Assembly (NCBI GenBank): GCA_946625055.1
Contig: CAMOSS010000001.1
Span: forward strand, 1 to 40,785
Length of the DNA: 40,785 nt
Direction of reading: 5' to 3'
Origin: an uncultured Bacillales bacterium
Lineage (GTDB): Bacteria; Bacillota_I; Bacilli_A; RFN20; CAG-826
The translations under genes and the position numbers were made by a program. Positions 16,165 through 25,462 of the stretch are shown here, piece by piece. A model generated the notes under the pieces. It was given only the letters and a program-made list of their open reading frames with translations, was not told where the DNA came from and made no database searches. Within the stretch, counting starts at the first letter, position 1; every line of letters starts with the position of its first letter.

Positions 16165-18207
16165 ATGTCAAGAGCGATTAAAAACATTAGAATCTTTGCA
16201 TTTGTTATTGTTATCATCCAAATTATCTTTTTGGCAATTTTCTCTGTCCTTTATTTCAACAACTTATTCAACTTGAAAGAACTTATTAAAGACTTCTATG
16301 TTGTTTTGGGCAGTGTTATTCTTGTTGGCATTGACTGTTTATTCGTCTGGTTTACTACATTAAGAATTTCTAAACTTCGTCAAAAGACTGATTTACACGC
16401 TGCTGAGGTTATCGGTAGTGATATTCAAGAAGCTTATAACTTCGCGATGCTCGGTCTTGCTGTTACAGACGATAATGATGTTGTCCTTTGGACAAACGAT
16501 TTATTCAAAGATAGACACTTAAATATTATCGACTTAAAGATTACTGAATGGGAACCAGAACTCGCTAAATTAAGAGAATCCAATAACACAAATTCTGAAG
16601 TGAAAGTGGTTATCAACGGTAGAAACTATGTTGTTAAACTTCTTCCTGAAGCTGGTCTTTGGATTTTTAAAGATGATACAGATTTTGAAAATTTATACGA
16701 TGAGTCTCAAAAACAAGCTCCTGTCGTTGGTCTTCTCACCATCGACAATTATGCGGATGCAACACACGGCGAAGCCGAAGACTTAAACGATGCGATTACA
16801 AAAGTTAAAAACGCAATCTTTAACTATGCTAAGGATAATTCGATTTTATTAAGAAAATTTAAAGAAGATTCCTACTTCATGCTTTGTAACTATGAATCTT
16901 TAGTCGGTATGAAAAAAGATAACTTCTCTATCATCGATAAAGTTAGACAAATTGGTTATGAAGAAGATACTTCTTTAACTCTTTCTATTGGTATTGCCCA
17001 TAACTTCCCAGATGTTATTAAACTTAACGGTTTAGCTTCTGAAGCTTTGGATATCGCTATGTCTCGTGGTGGTGACCAAGTTGTTCTTTCCGTTTACGGA
17101 AAAGATATGGAATTTATCGGTGGTAAAACCGAGGCTCAAGAAAAGAGAAACAGAGTTAAGATTCGTGTTCTTGCCGACTCACTTTTAGGTTTAATTAAGA
17201 ATGCTTCTAACGTCTTAATCATGGGACACACTGAAGCTGATATGGACGCTATCGGTGCATGTTTAGGCGTTAAAGCCATTTGCCAAAGATTAAAGAAAGA
17301 TGCCAAGATTGTCATCGATCTTAAGGCGACAGAAACCAAAACAAGAGCAGCATTCACCTCTTCATTCTCCCGTGAAGAATTAGATAAGATTAGAATCTCT
17401 CCAAAGGATGCTTTGGATGTTTTAGGTCCAGATACATTAGTGGTTGTCGTCGACGTTCACACTCCACATATGACTATGGCGCCAGAAGTCGTGGCCAAAG
17501 CCTCTAAGATTGTTGTTATCGACCACCATAGACGTGCTGAACAATACATTGATATGCCTGTTTTGAACCACATCGATCCATCAGCGTCTTCCGCCTGTGA
17601 ATTAGTTACCGAATTTATTAAATTCGCTTCCATTAACCCTAAGATTGAACTTCCACAAGCCTATGCCACAATCATGCTTTCTGGTATTTTCCTTGATTCT
17701 GGTTACTTTAGAAGTAAACAAACTGGTATTAGAACATTTGAAGCTTGTACAGTCTTAAAAGAATATGGTGCGAACAACGCTTTAGCCGATGACTTCTTAA
17801 AGGATGAATTGGAAGAATACTTTGTCATCTCTGGCTTAGTAAAAAATATGAAATTCCACTCACCAGGTGTGGCTTATGTGTGTGCTGATCCATCTACGGA
17901 ATACGACCAAGCTACAATTGCTAAAGTAGCAAATACATGTTTATCAATGAAAGGTGTTAAAGCCTCATTCGTCATTGGTAAAGTTGATAAAGAAATTAAG
18001 GTTTCTTGTCGTAGTGATTCCTCTATTTCAGTTCAATTATTAGCGGAAAAACTCGGCGGTGGTGGCCACCTTGCAATGGCTGCAGCCTCATTTAGAAACA
18101 AAACAATTCCTCAAGTCGAGCAATTACTATTAAGTGTCCTTGATACATATTTAGGCGCTGCGAGAAACGATGCTCGTACAAGAGTGGTTACTGAGGAGGA
18201 TATTTAA
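16165..18207 (+). CDS. gdpP: GdpP/YybT-type DHH-DHHA1 cyclic-di-AMP phosphodiesterase
   Basis: Two N-terminal TM segments, a central degenerate GGDEF-like region, DHH motif (VIDHHRR) and GGGGH motif. It shows conserved synteny upstream of rplI-dnaB. Confidence 0.85.
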   Translation: MSRAIKNIRIFAFVIVIIQIIFLAIFSVLYFNNLFNLKELIKDFYVVLGSVILVGIDCLFVWFTTLRISKLRQKTDLHAAEVIGSDIQEAYNFAMLGLAVTDDNDVVLWTNDLFKDRHLNIIDLKITEWEPELAKLRESNNTNSEVKVVINGRNYVVKLLPEAGLWIFKDDTDFENLYDESQKQAPVVGLLTIDNYADATHGEAEDLNDAITKVKNAIFNYAKDNSILLRKFKEDSYFMLCNYESLVGMKKDNFSIIDKVRQIGYEEDTSLTLSIGIAHNFPDVIKLNGLASEALDIAMSRGGDQVVLSVYGKDMEFIGGKTEAQEKRNRVKIRVLADSLLGLIKNASNVLIMGHTEADMDAIGACLGVKAICQRLKKDAKIVIDLKATETKTRAAFTSSFSREELDKIRISPKDALDVLGPDTLVVVVDVHTPHMTMAPEVVAKASKIVVIDHHRRAEQYIDMPVLNHIDPSASSACELVTEFIKFASINPKIELPQAYATIMLSGIFLDSGYFRSKQTGIRTFEACTVLKEYGANNALADDFLKDELEEYFVISGLVKNMKFHSPGVAYVCADPSTEYDQATIAKVANTCLSMKGVKASFVIGKVDKEIKVSCRSDSSISVQLLAEKLGGGGHLAMAAASFRNKTIPQVEQLLLSVLDTYLGAARNDARTRVVTEEDI

Positions 18208-18208
18208 C

Positions 18209-18655
18209 ATGAAAGTTATTTTGCTCCAAGACGTTAAGAAAGTTGGGAGAAAAGGAGAGGTCGTTGAAGTCTCTGATGGCTATGCCTCAAACTTCCTTTT
18301 CCCAAGAAAACTTGCTGTTAAGAAAACAGACAAATCAACCGAAATATTAGAGCAACAAAAAGAAGATGCCAGATTGCTTCTTGAAAAGCAAAAAGAAGAG
18401 GCTCTTAAGATTAAAGAACAACTCGCGAATATTGTTGTCGAGTTCACTTTAAAGTCTAATAATGGAAAAGTTTTTGGCTCTGTTTCATTTAAACAAGTCG
18501 AAGAAGAATTAAAGGCAAAACACAATATCGTTATCGATAAAAGAAAAATCACCACCAAAGGACCAGTCGATCAATTAGGCTACACCAAACTTAATATCGA
18601 ATTGTTCAAAGGTGTTATTGGTATCATCACAGTTCATGTAAAGGAGGAGAAGTAA
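18209..18655 (+). CDS. rplI: 50S ribosomal protein L9
   Basis: MKVILLQDVKKVGRKGEVVEVSDGYASNFLFPRKLA. Start moved to ATG 18209, downstream of a GAGGAGGA Shine-Dalgarno. Confidence 0.95.
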   Translation: MKVILLQDVKKVGRKGEVVEVSDGYASNFLFPRKLAVKKTDKSTEILEQQKEDARLLLEKQKEEALKIKEQLANIVVEFTLKSNNGKVFGSVSFKQVEEELKAKHNIVIDKRKITTKGPVDQLGYTKLNIELFKGVIGIITVHVKEEK

Positions 18656-18656
18656 T

Positions 18657-20195
18657 ATGCCTAGAAATAATCAACAAGGCCCTAGAAAAGTAGCCTCCTC
18701 TTTATTGCCTCATAACTCTGATGCCGAAAGAGCGGTTTTAGGTAGCGCTCTTCTTTCAAGAAACGCCGCCTTAAATGTTCTCTCTTCATTAAATGAAGAT
18801 GACTTCTTTGAAGGTAAACATAGAATCATTTTCCGTGCGATGATGAACCTATTTGAAAAGAAAGTTCCTATCGATTCTTTAACCGTGACTGAAGAATTGA
18901 TCAATATCAAAGAATTAGAAAACGTTGGAGGAGTTGAATACCTTAAAGTCTGTTCTGATTCCATGGTCGCTTTATCAAACTTAGAATTCTACATTAACAT
19001 CGTTAATGATCAATCTGTCTTAAGAAAAATGCTTACTACAATTAGAAATATTGATGAAGCATATATGTCTAGAGACATCGATAATGTTAATGATTTTATT
19101 ATTAAAGCAGAAAATGATTTTAAAGAATCCATTGAAAGAAGGAAAATTTCTGGCTTTAAGACCACCGGCGATGTCGCTAAGATTGTCAAAAATGAAATCG
19201 ATGAAATGGTCGCTCAAGCCAAGAACAGTGATAACAAAGATATCATTGGATTAACCACAGGTTATCCAAGATTAAATAAATTAACCCAAGGTTTCCAACC
19301 AGAACAAATGATTATTATCGCTGGAAGACCTGGTTTAGGTAAAACCGCTTTAGCCTTAAACTTTGCTTATAAAGCTAGTAGATTTCACGACGTCCCTGTC
19401 GCTATTTTCTCACTCGAAATGTCCTCTGATCTTTTAGTGAGACGTCTCATTGCATGTGAGGCATGTGTTGATTTAACAAAAATTTCCACCGGTCAATTAT
19501 CTGATTCCGAAAGAATGAAAGTGGCCTCTGCTATTTCCACAGTGGCAAACACAAAAATCTTTATCGATGATTCACCAGGTTTAAAACTTACAGATATTGT
19601 CGCTAAAGCGAAAAAACTGCAAGCCGCTAATCCAGATTTAGGTATGGTTATCATTGACTACTTAGGTCTTATCCAATTAACAAGTAAAGGCAAAGGTGCT
19701 GACTCCAGACAAGAAGAAGTTAGAAAAATTACCCTTGCCTTAAAAGACTTATCCAGAGAATTAAAAGTTCCTGTCATTGTCTTATCACAATTATCCCGTG
19801 ACGTTGAAAAACGTGATTCTAAGAGACCAATGCTTTCTGACTTAAGAGACTCTGGTTCTATTGAACAAGACGCGGATATCGTTATGCTTCTCTATAGAGA
19901 AGACTACTATGATAAAACTTCGAAGAAGGGTCAAAATTTAGCGGGTGGAAATAAGACACCTGCCAATATGAGTGGGGATGAAAGATTACAAATGTCTCAA
20001 GCTCAAAAAACAGAAGCCCAATTAGCGGACATTCCTGCTTCCGCTTCATACGTTGAAGTCAACGTTGCTAAGAACAGAAATGGTCAAACAGGTAAAGCGG
20101 CCCTCTTCTTCTATAAAGCATATGGTCGTTTCGATAAACCATCACAAGAATGGGAAGAAAACATGAATGCCATCACTGCTGAAACATTTGATTAA
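18657..20195 (+). CDS. dnaB: Replicative DNA helicase DnaB
   Basis: LPHNSDAERAVLGS N-terminus, Walker A GRPGLGKT, and the motifs SLEMS and LSQLSR. It carries an extra segment before the VAKNRNGQTG motif. Confidence 0.95.
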   Translation: MPRNNQQGPRKVASSLLPHNSDAERAVLGSALLSRNAALNVLSSLNEDDFFEGKHRIIFRAMMNLFEKKVPIDSLTVTEELINIKELENVGGVEYLKVCSDSMVALSNLEFYINIVNDQSVLRKMLTTIRNIDEAYMSRDIDNVNDFIIKAENDFKESIERRKISGFKTTGDVAKIVKNEIDEMVAQAKNSDNKDIIGLTTGYPRLNKLTQGFQPEQMIIIAGRPGLGKTALALNFAYKASRFHDVPVAIFSLEMSSDLLVRRLIACEACVDLTKISTGQLSDSERMKVASAISTVANTKIFIDDSPGLKLTDIVAKAKKLQAANPDLGMVIIDYLGLIQLTSKGKGADSRQEEVRKITLALKDLSRELKVPVIVLSQLSRDVEKRDSKRPMLSDLRDSGSIEQDADIVMLLYREDYYDKTSKKGQNLAGGNKTPANMSGDERLQMSQAQKTEAQLADIPASASYVEVNVAKNRNGQTGKAALFFYKAYGRFDKPSQEWEENMNAITAETFD

Positions 20196-20198
20196 TCT

Positions 20199-20951
20199 AT
20201 GTACTTTAATATCATTGCCTCAGGTTCCAAAGGAAATGCGACAATTGTCGTTAGTAAACAAACAGTAATTCTTATTGATATGGGAATTACTTTTTCTCGT
20301 CTGGAAGAAGGAATGAAAGAAATCAACCTTGACCCTAAGGATATTGATGGGGCAATTTTTACTCATAATCACTCTGATCACATCGCTGGATTAAAATTTA
20401 TTCCTGTAAAAAAACAATATGCCTTAAAAGGTACATTACCAACGATGAATCATAATGTTTGTGAACTCTTTACCCCGTTTAATATTAAAAATATTACTAT
20501 AACCCCAATTAAAGCCTCACACGACGCGATTAATCCTTGTGGCTTTATTTTATTCGATGGGGAAGAAAAACTCGTTTATTTGACCGATACCGGTGTCTTC
20601 TTAGAGGAGAACCTCAAGTATTGTTCAAACCCAGATTATTTAATCATTGAATCTAACCACGATATTCAAATGCTTCTTAAAACCAATAGACCAATGGAAT
20701 TAAAACAAAGAATTCTTTCTGACCATGGTCATCTCTGCAATGAAGATGGAGCGATTGCTGCTAAAGAGATTCTTGGACCAAAGACCAAAGAAATCATTCC
20801 TGCTCACTTATCCGAAGAGGCAAATACCCCAGAGAAATGTTTAGAAGCGTGGAATAATATCTTTAGCTATTTCGGATTAGATATTTCTAAATACAATGTG
20901 AGACCTGCTAATCAGTGGAAGTCACTTTTAGGAGGCCATTATGAGAATTAG
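20199..20951 (+). CDS. MBL-fold metallo-hydrolase (YycJ/WalJ-like)
   Basis: HNHSDH (HxHxDH) motif and ASGSKGNA N-terminus. Confidence 0.8.
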   Translation: MYFNIIASGSKGNATIVVSKQTVILIDMGITFSRLEEGMKEINLDPKDIDGAIFTHNHSDHIAGLKFIPVKKQYALKGTLPTMNHNVCELFTPFNIKNITITPIKASHDAINPCGFILFDGEEKLVYLTDTGVFLEENLKYCSNPDYLIIESNHDIQMLLKTNRPMELKQRILSDHGHLCNEDGAIAAKEILGPKTKEIIPAHLSEEANTPEKCLEAWNNIFSYFGLDISKYNVRPANQWKSLLGGHYEN

Positions 20952-21420
20952 AATCATCGCAATCGGAAAGATAAAAGAGACATATCTCAAACTTGGAATC
21001 GAAGAATATTTAAAGAGGATTAAACCCTATTCTCAAATCGAAATAGTGGAAGTAAATGATGAACCAGTAAAAGATAATCCAAGTGATTCTGAGATTACAA
21101 TCGTTAAAAATAAAGAAGGCCAAAAAGTATTGAAACTTCTCAAAGATAGCGATTACTTAATTAGCCTTGATTTAGGTAAAAAACAATTAAAAAGCCCAGA
21201 ATTTGCGCGTTTTTTAGAAGAAAAGTTTGTTTTAGGGAATTCATTTATCACCTTTGTTATCGGGGGATCATATGGACTATCTGATGAACTCAAACAAAGA
21301 GCAAATGATTCCATCTCTTTAAGCGAAATGACTTTCCTTCATCAGATGACTAGACTAATTTTATTGGAACAAATTTACCGCGCGTTTAAAATAAATAGGA
21401 ACGAGACATATCACAAATGA
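20941..21420 (+). CDS. rlmH: 23S rRNA (pseudouridine1915-N3)-methyltransferase RlmH
   Basis: 159-aa SPOUT protein with MRIRIIAIGKIKE... and a C-terminal LLEQIYRA-type motif. AGGAGG Shine-Dalgarno; ends in TGA. Confidence 0.9.
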   Translation: MRIRIIAIGKIKETYLKLGIEEYLKRIKPYSQIEIVEVNDEPVKDNPSDSEITIVKNKEGQKVLKLLKDSDYLISLDLGKKQLKSPEFARFLEEKFVLGNSFITFVIGGSYGLSDELKQRANDSISLSEMTFLHQMTRLILLEQIYRAFKINRNETYHK

Positions 21421-21764
21421 CATACGAAGAATTTAATGAATTTAAAATCATAGAAGATAAGAACAATCCATTCTGCACTTTATATGAAACAGAGGATGGA
21501 GATCGCTTTTACATTGAGCCAGCCTTTTACACCCAGATGTTAGGATTTAAAGAACATAGAAAAGAACAATACTCACTTATCGTTCAAGCGATTAAAGATT
21601 CAGTGAAAAGAAACCACCGTGTAATATTCACTGCCGAATATGATTATCCTCAAACACTTGTCGATGAAAAAGAGGGATACATATTCTTAGAAATATTTGA
21701 TATCACTGATCCACTTAAAATATTCGTAGAAGACAAATCCCGTGGTTCAGATTATGGAGATTAA
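21417..21764 (+). CDS. Hypothetical acidic protein (115 aa)
   Basis: ORF whose ATG overlaps the rlmH stop (ATGA). I recognise no motif. Confidence 0.55.
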   Translation: MTYEEFNEFKIIEDKNNPFCTLYETEDGDRFYIEPAFYTQMLGFKEHRKEQYSLIVQAIKDSVKRNHRVIFTAEYDYPQTLVDEKEGYIFLEIFDITDPLKIFVEDKSRGSDYGD

Positions 21765-21766
21765 AA

Positions 21767-21795
21767 AAAGGAGTTGGATAACTCCTTTGTTTTTT
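21767..21795. terminator. Bidirectional terminator
   Basis: Stem AAAGGAGTT/AACTCCTTT with loop GGAT, flanked by A-run and T-run. Confidence 0.75.
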
Positions 21796-22948
21796 ATTGA
21801 GCGGCAGGTCTTAATTGTCTCATCGACATCCACATGATTCTTAAACCATAAAGGATGATGAAGAAGAGTGTGGCGTAGCTCGATAAGAGGAATCCAAGAA
21901 CCATTGCTAAGACACCAGGTGCGAAAGTGGACCAACAGGCCATCTTGAATGTTGTCCAATATGTTAAGTAGTTCATTGGGTTGTTCTTACCTCTAGAGAG
22001 TAAGAATAACATTAAGCCCATGAACGCCACTAAGACGAGATAGACACCATAGAAGATTCCACAGTATGACCAGAATGTTTTATTCTTTGATGTTAAGTAG
22101 ACTTCGTTGAAAATTTTATTGAAGTTTTTCTTAACGCCAGTTGTGAAGGCAGTTTTTCTTAATAAAATGTAACTTCCATTTGAATCTTTTTCAAATGAGA
22201 ATGGGATGTCTTCTACATCAAGGACTCTTGCTAATAAACCGACATCTTTTTCTGAATGGAGCCAGTCACCAGACATAGATGTTTGTTTGGTAGTGGTTCC
22301 AGGTTTTGTCATATAGACATAGAGACCTTTCTTATAAAGAAGAATGTAGTTTGGACGATAATAAGTGATGTTGGATTTTTCACCTTCACTTAATGAAGCC
22401 CCTTCGCTTTCAATGTAGGCTTGACCTTCTTCACTGTCGGCAAGAATTGTTGTGCCAACAATATATTTCATGCTGTTTAAGACTTTGGTAAGAGTGGAAA
22501 CTTTTTCATCAGTGACACCTGTGTCTACTCTTTCAGAGTAGAATAATTGTAAGCCAATTCTTTCGCTTCCGTCATTTTCTTTAACAACATATTGAGCGAC
22601 AGGGACTTTTTCAGTGGCGATCGCTCTTGGCATGGCTTCGTAGACGTCGTTTTTGTATCTCAATAATTCGTTTGATTCATTGATTTTGAAATCATAACCT
22701 TGTTCTTTAAGTTCAAGTGCGAGAGCAGTCTCATATTTTTCAAAACCATATGATTGATTAGCAATGAATGAAGCTCCATAAGTTTTAGAAACGTTAACCA
22801 TTAATGGAATGATTGGTAAGAATGTACCAACAATCATAAGAATGATAGCAATCCACCATGGTGCAGTCTTAGCTCCATCGATCGCGGAATCGTTTTTAAA
22901 GTTTGATACTAATAAGTTCGTTAATGTTCTTTTTGTACTTTCTTTCAT
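21794..22948 (-). CDS. Hypothetical membrane protein: one N-terminal TM, a large extracytoplasmic domain and a C-terminal TM bundle
   Basis: Long ORF. I prefer ATG 22948 (GGTGA 5 nt upstream) over the GTG at 22957. Confidence 0.65.
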   Translation of the reverse strand: MKESTKRTLTNLLVSNFKNDSAIDGAKTAPWWIAIILMIVGTFLPIIPLMVNVSKTYGASFIANQSYGFEKYETALALELKEQGYDFKINESNELLRYKNDVYEAMPRAIATEKVPVAQYVVKENDGSERIGLQLFYSERVDTGVTDEKVSTLTKVLNSMKYIVGTTILADSEEGQAYIESEGASLSEGEKSNITYYRPNYILLYKKGLYVYMTKPGTTTKQTSMSGDWLHSEKDVGLLARVLDVEDIPFSFEKDSNGSYILLRKTAFTTGVKKNFNKIFNEVYLTSKNKTFWSYCGIFYGVYLVLVAFMGLMLFLLSRGKNNPMNYLTYWTTFKMACWSTFAPGVLAMVLGFLLSSYATLFFIILYGLRIMWMSMRQLRPAAQ

Positions 22949-23066
22949 TTTAATCACCGTGATAATAATTCTATGTTATACGAGTTTAATTTACAATTAC
23001 TTTTTATAATGCTTGAATTAACAAAAACAAAATGAGAAAATAATTAAGCCCTTAGAGGCAACATAT

Positions 23067-23460
23067 GGGGTCGAACGGATTCGACGGAGATACGCTTTGC
23101 TCTAACTGCAGTGGTTGGTAACCATAAACCAAAACAAAAATAACTGACAACAGTTATATGAGAGCTCCTAGAGCTCAAGCACTCTGCGCTGCTTAATTAG
23201 CACCCGACGTTAGGGTTCCGATATCTTTATATCGGACAGAGCATCACCTAGGGTTTTAGCCTTTCACGCCTAGTAATGATGTCATACCAAAAGGATAGGA
23301 TGTGGGAGTTGACTTGTTACCTATATCTGAAATTTGGTCAGTCTCGCATGGCTCAGTGAGTCAATATACTAAAGCCATGTTAAATCTCAATATTGTCTAA
23401 ACTGTAGACGTTATTGATGGGCGATCTTCGGACGTGGTTTCGATACCACCGGCTCCACCA
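23067..23460 (+). ncRNA. ssrA: tmRNA (SsrA)
   Basis: 5' end GGGGTCGAACGGATTCGACGG. 3' tRNA-like end GGACGTGGTTTCGATACCACCGGCTCCACCA. Internal tag reading frame ...DNSYMRAPRAQALCAA-TAA (stop at 23194-23196). Confidence 0.95.
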
Positions 23461-23471
23461 AATAAAAAAAT

Positions 23472-23500
23472 GCATTTTGTTTCAAGGCAAAATGTTTTTT
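23472..23500 (+). terminator. Rho-independent terminator after ssrA
   Basis: Stem CATTTTG/CAAAATG followed by T6. Confidence 0.6.
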
Positions 23501-23509
23501 AATAAATGT

Positions 23510-24460
23510 ATGGATATTAAATTCTTTGAAATTAATAATGGGGACTTGAGAATCACTTTCTCTAATTTAGGAGCTTCCGTTTTTTCAATTTATTACCTTG
23601 ATGATTTAATGACTCTGACTCCATCTAACAAAAAGGATTATGAGAGAACCTTTATCTATCATGGAAAGACAATTGGAAGAGTGGCTAACAGGATCAAAGG
23701 CAATCTTATCAGGGTAGATGGAGAGGCGTTTAGACTCAAAAATAATGAGAAGAAAAACACCTTGCACGGTGGCTTTGAAGGCTTATCAACAAGACTCTTT
23801 GATTACGAAGTTAGAAAAGAAAAAAATAGAGATATTGTGGAGTTCAAATATATTTCAAGACATGGTGAATCAGGCTTCCCAGGAACTCTTAGTTTAGTGG
23901 CGAAATATACGATCGAAAACAATGAAATTAGAATAGATTATTTTGGTAAAGTTGAAGGCAAAAGTACACCTTTAAATTTAACCAACCATTTGTATTTTAC
24001 CTTAGGTGATAAAAACATAGATAGACTCAAATTAAAAATACCTTCAGATGATTACATCGAAACAGATAATGAATTGCTTCCAAAAAGAAGATATAACTTG
24101 AGAATGTGCTTAAATTTCAATCGTTTTAGGTATATTTCGTATTTTATCGACGATGAAATACTACAAAATTCTGCGGCGAAAGGATATGATCATTTCATCT
24201 TCTTTAGGGATAACAAACTAAATGATAAAGTTAACCTATTATCATCTAAATATAGATTAGATATTGATACTGATTATGAAGGTGTTCAAATATATTCTGA
24301 TAACTATGAAGATGGAATTAAATATATGGGGACGAACGATCCTATACATAGGGGCATTGCAATTGAACCATCTCTATCACTGCTTAATGAAAACATATTA
24401 AAAATTGGTGAAGAGTATCACCACTTCATAACATATAAATTCTCAAAAAATAAAGAGTAG
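23510..24460 (+). CDS. galM: Aldose 1-epimerase (galactose mutarotase family)
   Basis: GRVANRI, NTLHGG and EPS-type motifs. Start moved out of ssrA to ATG 23510 (alternative ATG at 23492). Confidence 0.8.
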   Translation: MDIKFFEINNGDLRITFSNLGASVFSIYYLDDLMTLTPSNKKDYERTFIYHGKTIGRVANRIKGNLIRVDGEAFRLKNNEKKNTLHGGFEGLSTRLFDYEVRKEKNRDIVEFKYISRHGESGFPGTLSLVAKYTIENNEIRIDYFGKVEGKSTPLNLTNHLYFTLGDKNIDRLKLKIPSDDYIETDNELLPKRRYNLRMCLNFNRFRYISYFIDDEILQNSAAKGYDHFIFFRDNKLNDKVNLLSSKYRLDIDTDYEGVQIYSDNYEDGIKYMGTNDPIHRGIAIEPSLSLLNENILKIGEEYHHFITYKFSKNKE

Positions 24461-24480
24461 TCGCGGCTACTCTTTTGTTT
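24453..24480. terminator. Bidirectional hairpin containing both convergent stop codons
   Basis: Stem AAGAGTAG/CTACTCTT with a 6-nt loop. Confidence 0.6.
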
Positions 24481-25132
24481 CATCTTCTTTTTGGTTCTTC
24501 TTTTTCTTTTGGAAGATACGTTTGAAGAAGAATTTATCAATTTTGAGAATGTAATATAAAATTGCGAGAAGTTGAAGTGGAATACAGACAATGAATATTA
24601 AGTACATGTTCTGATATCCAAATATTTCAGATAATGTGAGGAAGGCTGATAGGCCAACACCCCAAATGATTATCGATTCACCAATTAATGTAAGGAGTTT
24701 ATCGTGATAGACCGCCATAAAGATGGTGAAGATAATACCGGTAACTGGAATTCCATATATGAATAAGAGCCATGGGTTTGGGATCTTGTCGCCAAAGACT
24801 AAGACACTTAAAGCGAATAATAAGGCAATTGCTAACCACGCGATTGTGATAGCGAGAAGCGGAATGATGAATTTCTTCTTTCTGAGAACAGTTTTCTTTT
24901 TGATGAAAAGAGGTTTTTCACGATAGAAATCATCAACCAAGATACCAAAAAAGTTCGCTAACTCTTTTAAGGTCAATGCATCTGGAACACTTTCTCCTCT
25001 TTCCCATTTTGATATGGACTTATCGGAATAATTTAACTTTTCAGCTAATTCTGATTGAGTGTATCCCTTCGACTTTCTAAAGTTAGCGATGTTAGTAGCA
25101 ATGTTTTTTCTTAATTCTTCTTGGTTTTCCAT
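24467..25132 (-). CDS. XRE-family HTH regulator with a C-terminal multi-TM domain
   Basis: HTH_3 signature KGYTQSELAEKLNYSDKSISKWERGESVP, followed by about 4 hydrophobic segments. TGtTAAGAT lies 8 nt upstream of the ATG on the minus strand (25141-25149). Confidence 0.8.
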   Translation of the reverse strand: MENQEELRKNIATNIANFRKSKGYTQSELAEKLNYSDKSISKWERGESVPDALTLKELANFFGILVDDFYREKPLFIKKKTVLRKKKFIIPLLAITIAWLAIALLFALSVLVFGDKIPNPWLLFIYGIPVTGIIFTIFMAVYHDKLLTLIGESIIIWGVGLSAFLTLSEIFGYQNMYLIFIVCIPLQLLAILYYILKIDKFFFKRIFQKKKKNQKEDETKE

Positions 25133-25183
25133 GTATCAAAATCTTAACATTTATAAAAATAAAATCAAGTTAAGGACTCTTTT

Positions 25184-25201
25184 TGGACCATTTCTTGTCC
25201 A
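25184..25201. promoter_or_regulatory. Inverted repeat TGGAC-N8-GTCCA (candidate operator) next to a TATAAT at 25215-25220
   Basis: Seen directly in the divergent intergenic region between the XRE gene and the micro-ORF. Confidence 0.3.
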
Positions 25202-25299
25202 GTGTCTAAAAAAATATAATTTTTTATTGTTCCTAATACTTTTCTTTGATATCCTTTTGCTAATGGAAGTGATTGGGGAGTTGCTTCCAAGGGGGAAAC

Positions 25300-25419
25300 A
25301 TGATCGAATTAACTTATCCAACTTCGCTTGAAGTCGAAGAAGAAATTGAAATCTTAACCGCATTATCCGAATACGAACTTGACACCGATTTAGATGAAAG
25401 TTCTTATATAGAAGAATAA
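25300..25419 (+). CDS. 39-aa hyper-acidic micro-protein (absent from the ORF track)
   Basis: ATG is preceded by GGGGGAAAC. The ORF is MIELTYPTSLEVEEEIEILTALSEYELDTDLDESSYIEE, with 14 acidic and 0 basic residues. It is followed by hairpin CAGG-GAGA-CCTG and T7. Confidence 0.5.
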   Translation: MIELTYPTSLEVEEEIEILTALSEYELDTDLDESSYIEE

Positions 25420-25447
25420 CAGGGAGACCTGTTTTTTTCTTATTTTG

Positions 25448-25456
25448 TGGTAATAT
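25448..25456 (+). promoter_or_regulatory. Extended -10 promoter (TGgTAATAT) 6 nt before the ATG; leaderless-type
   Basis: TGGTAATAT at 25448-25456 and ATG at 25463. Confidence 0.45.
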
Positions 25457-25462
25457 AGAGAC

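Noticed and set aside
25059-25363. 90-aa (+) and 70-aa (-) tracked ORFs in the XRE/micro-ORF intergenic region.
   Set aside because: The 90-aa ORF is antisense to the XRE gene start and runs across the promoter region. The 70-aa ORF is antisense to the micro-ORF. Neither has a ribosome-binding site, whereas the 39-aa ORF has one plus a terminator.
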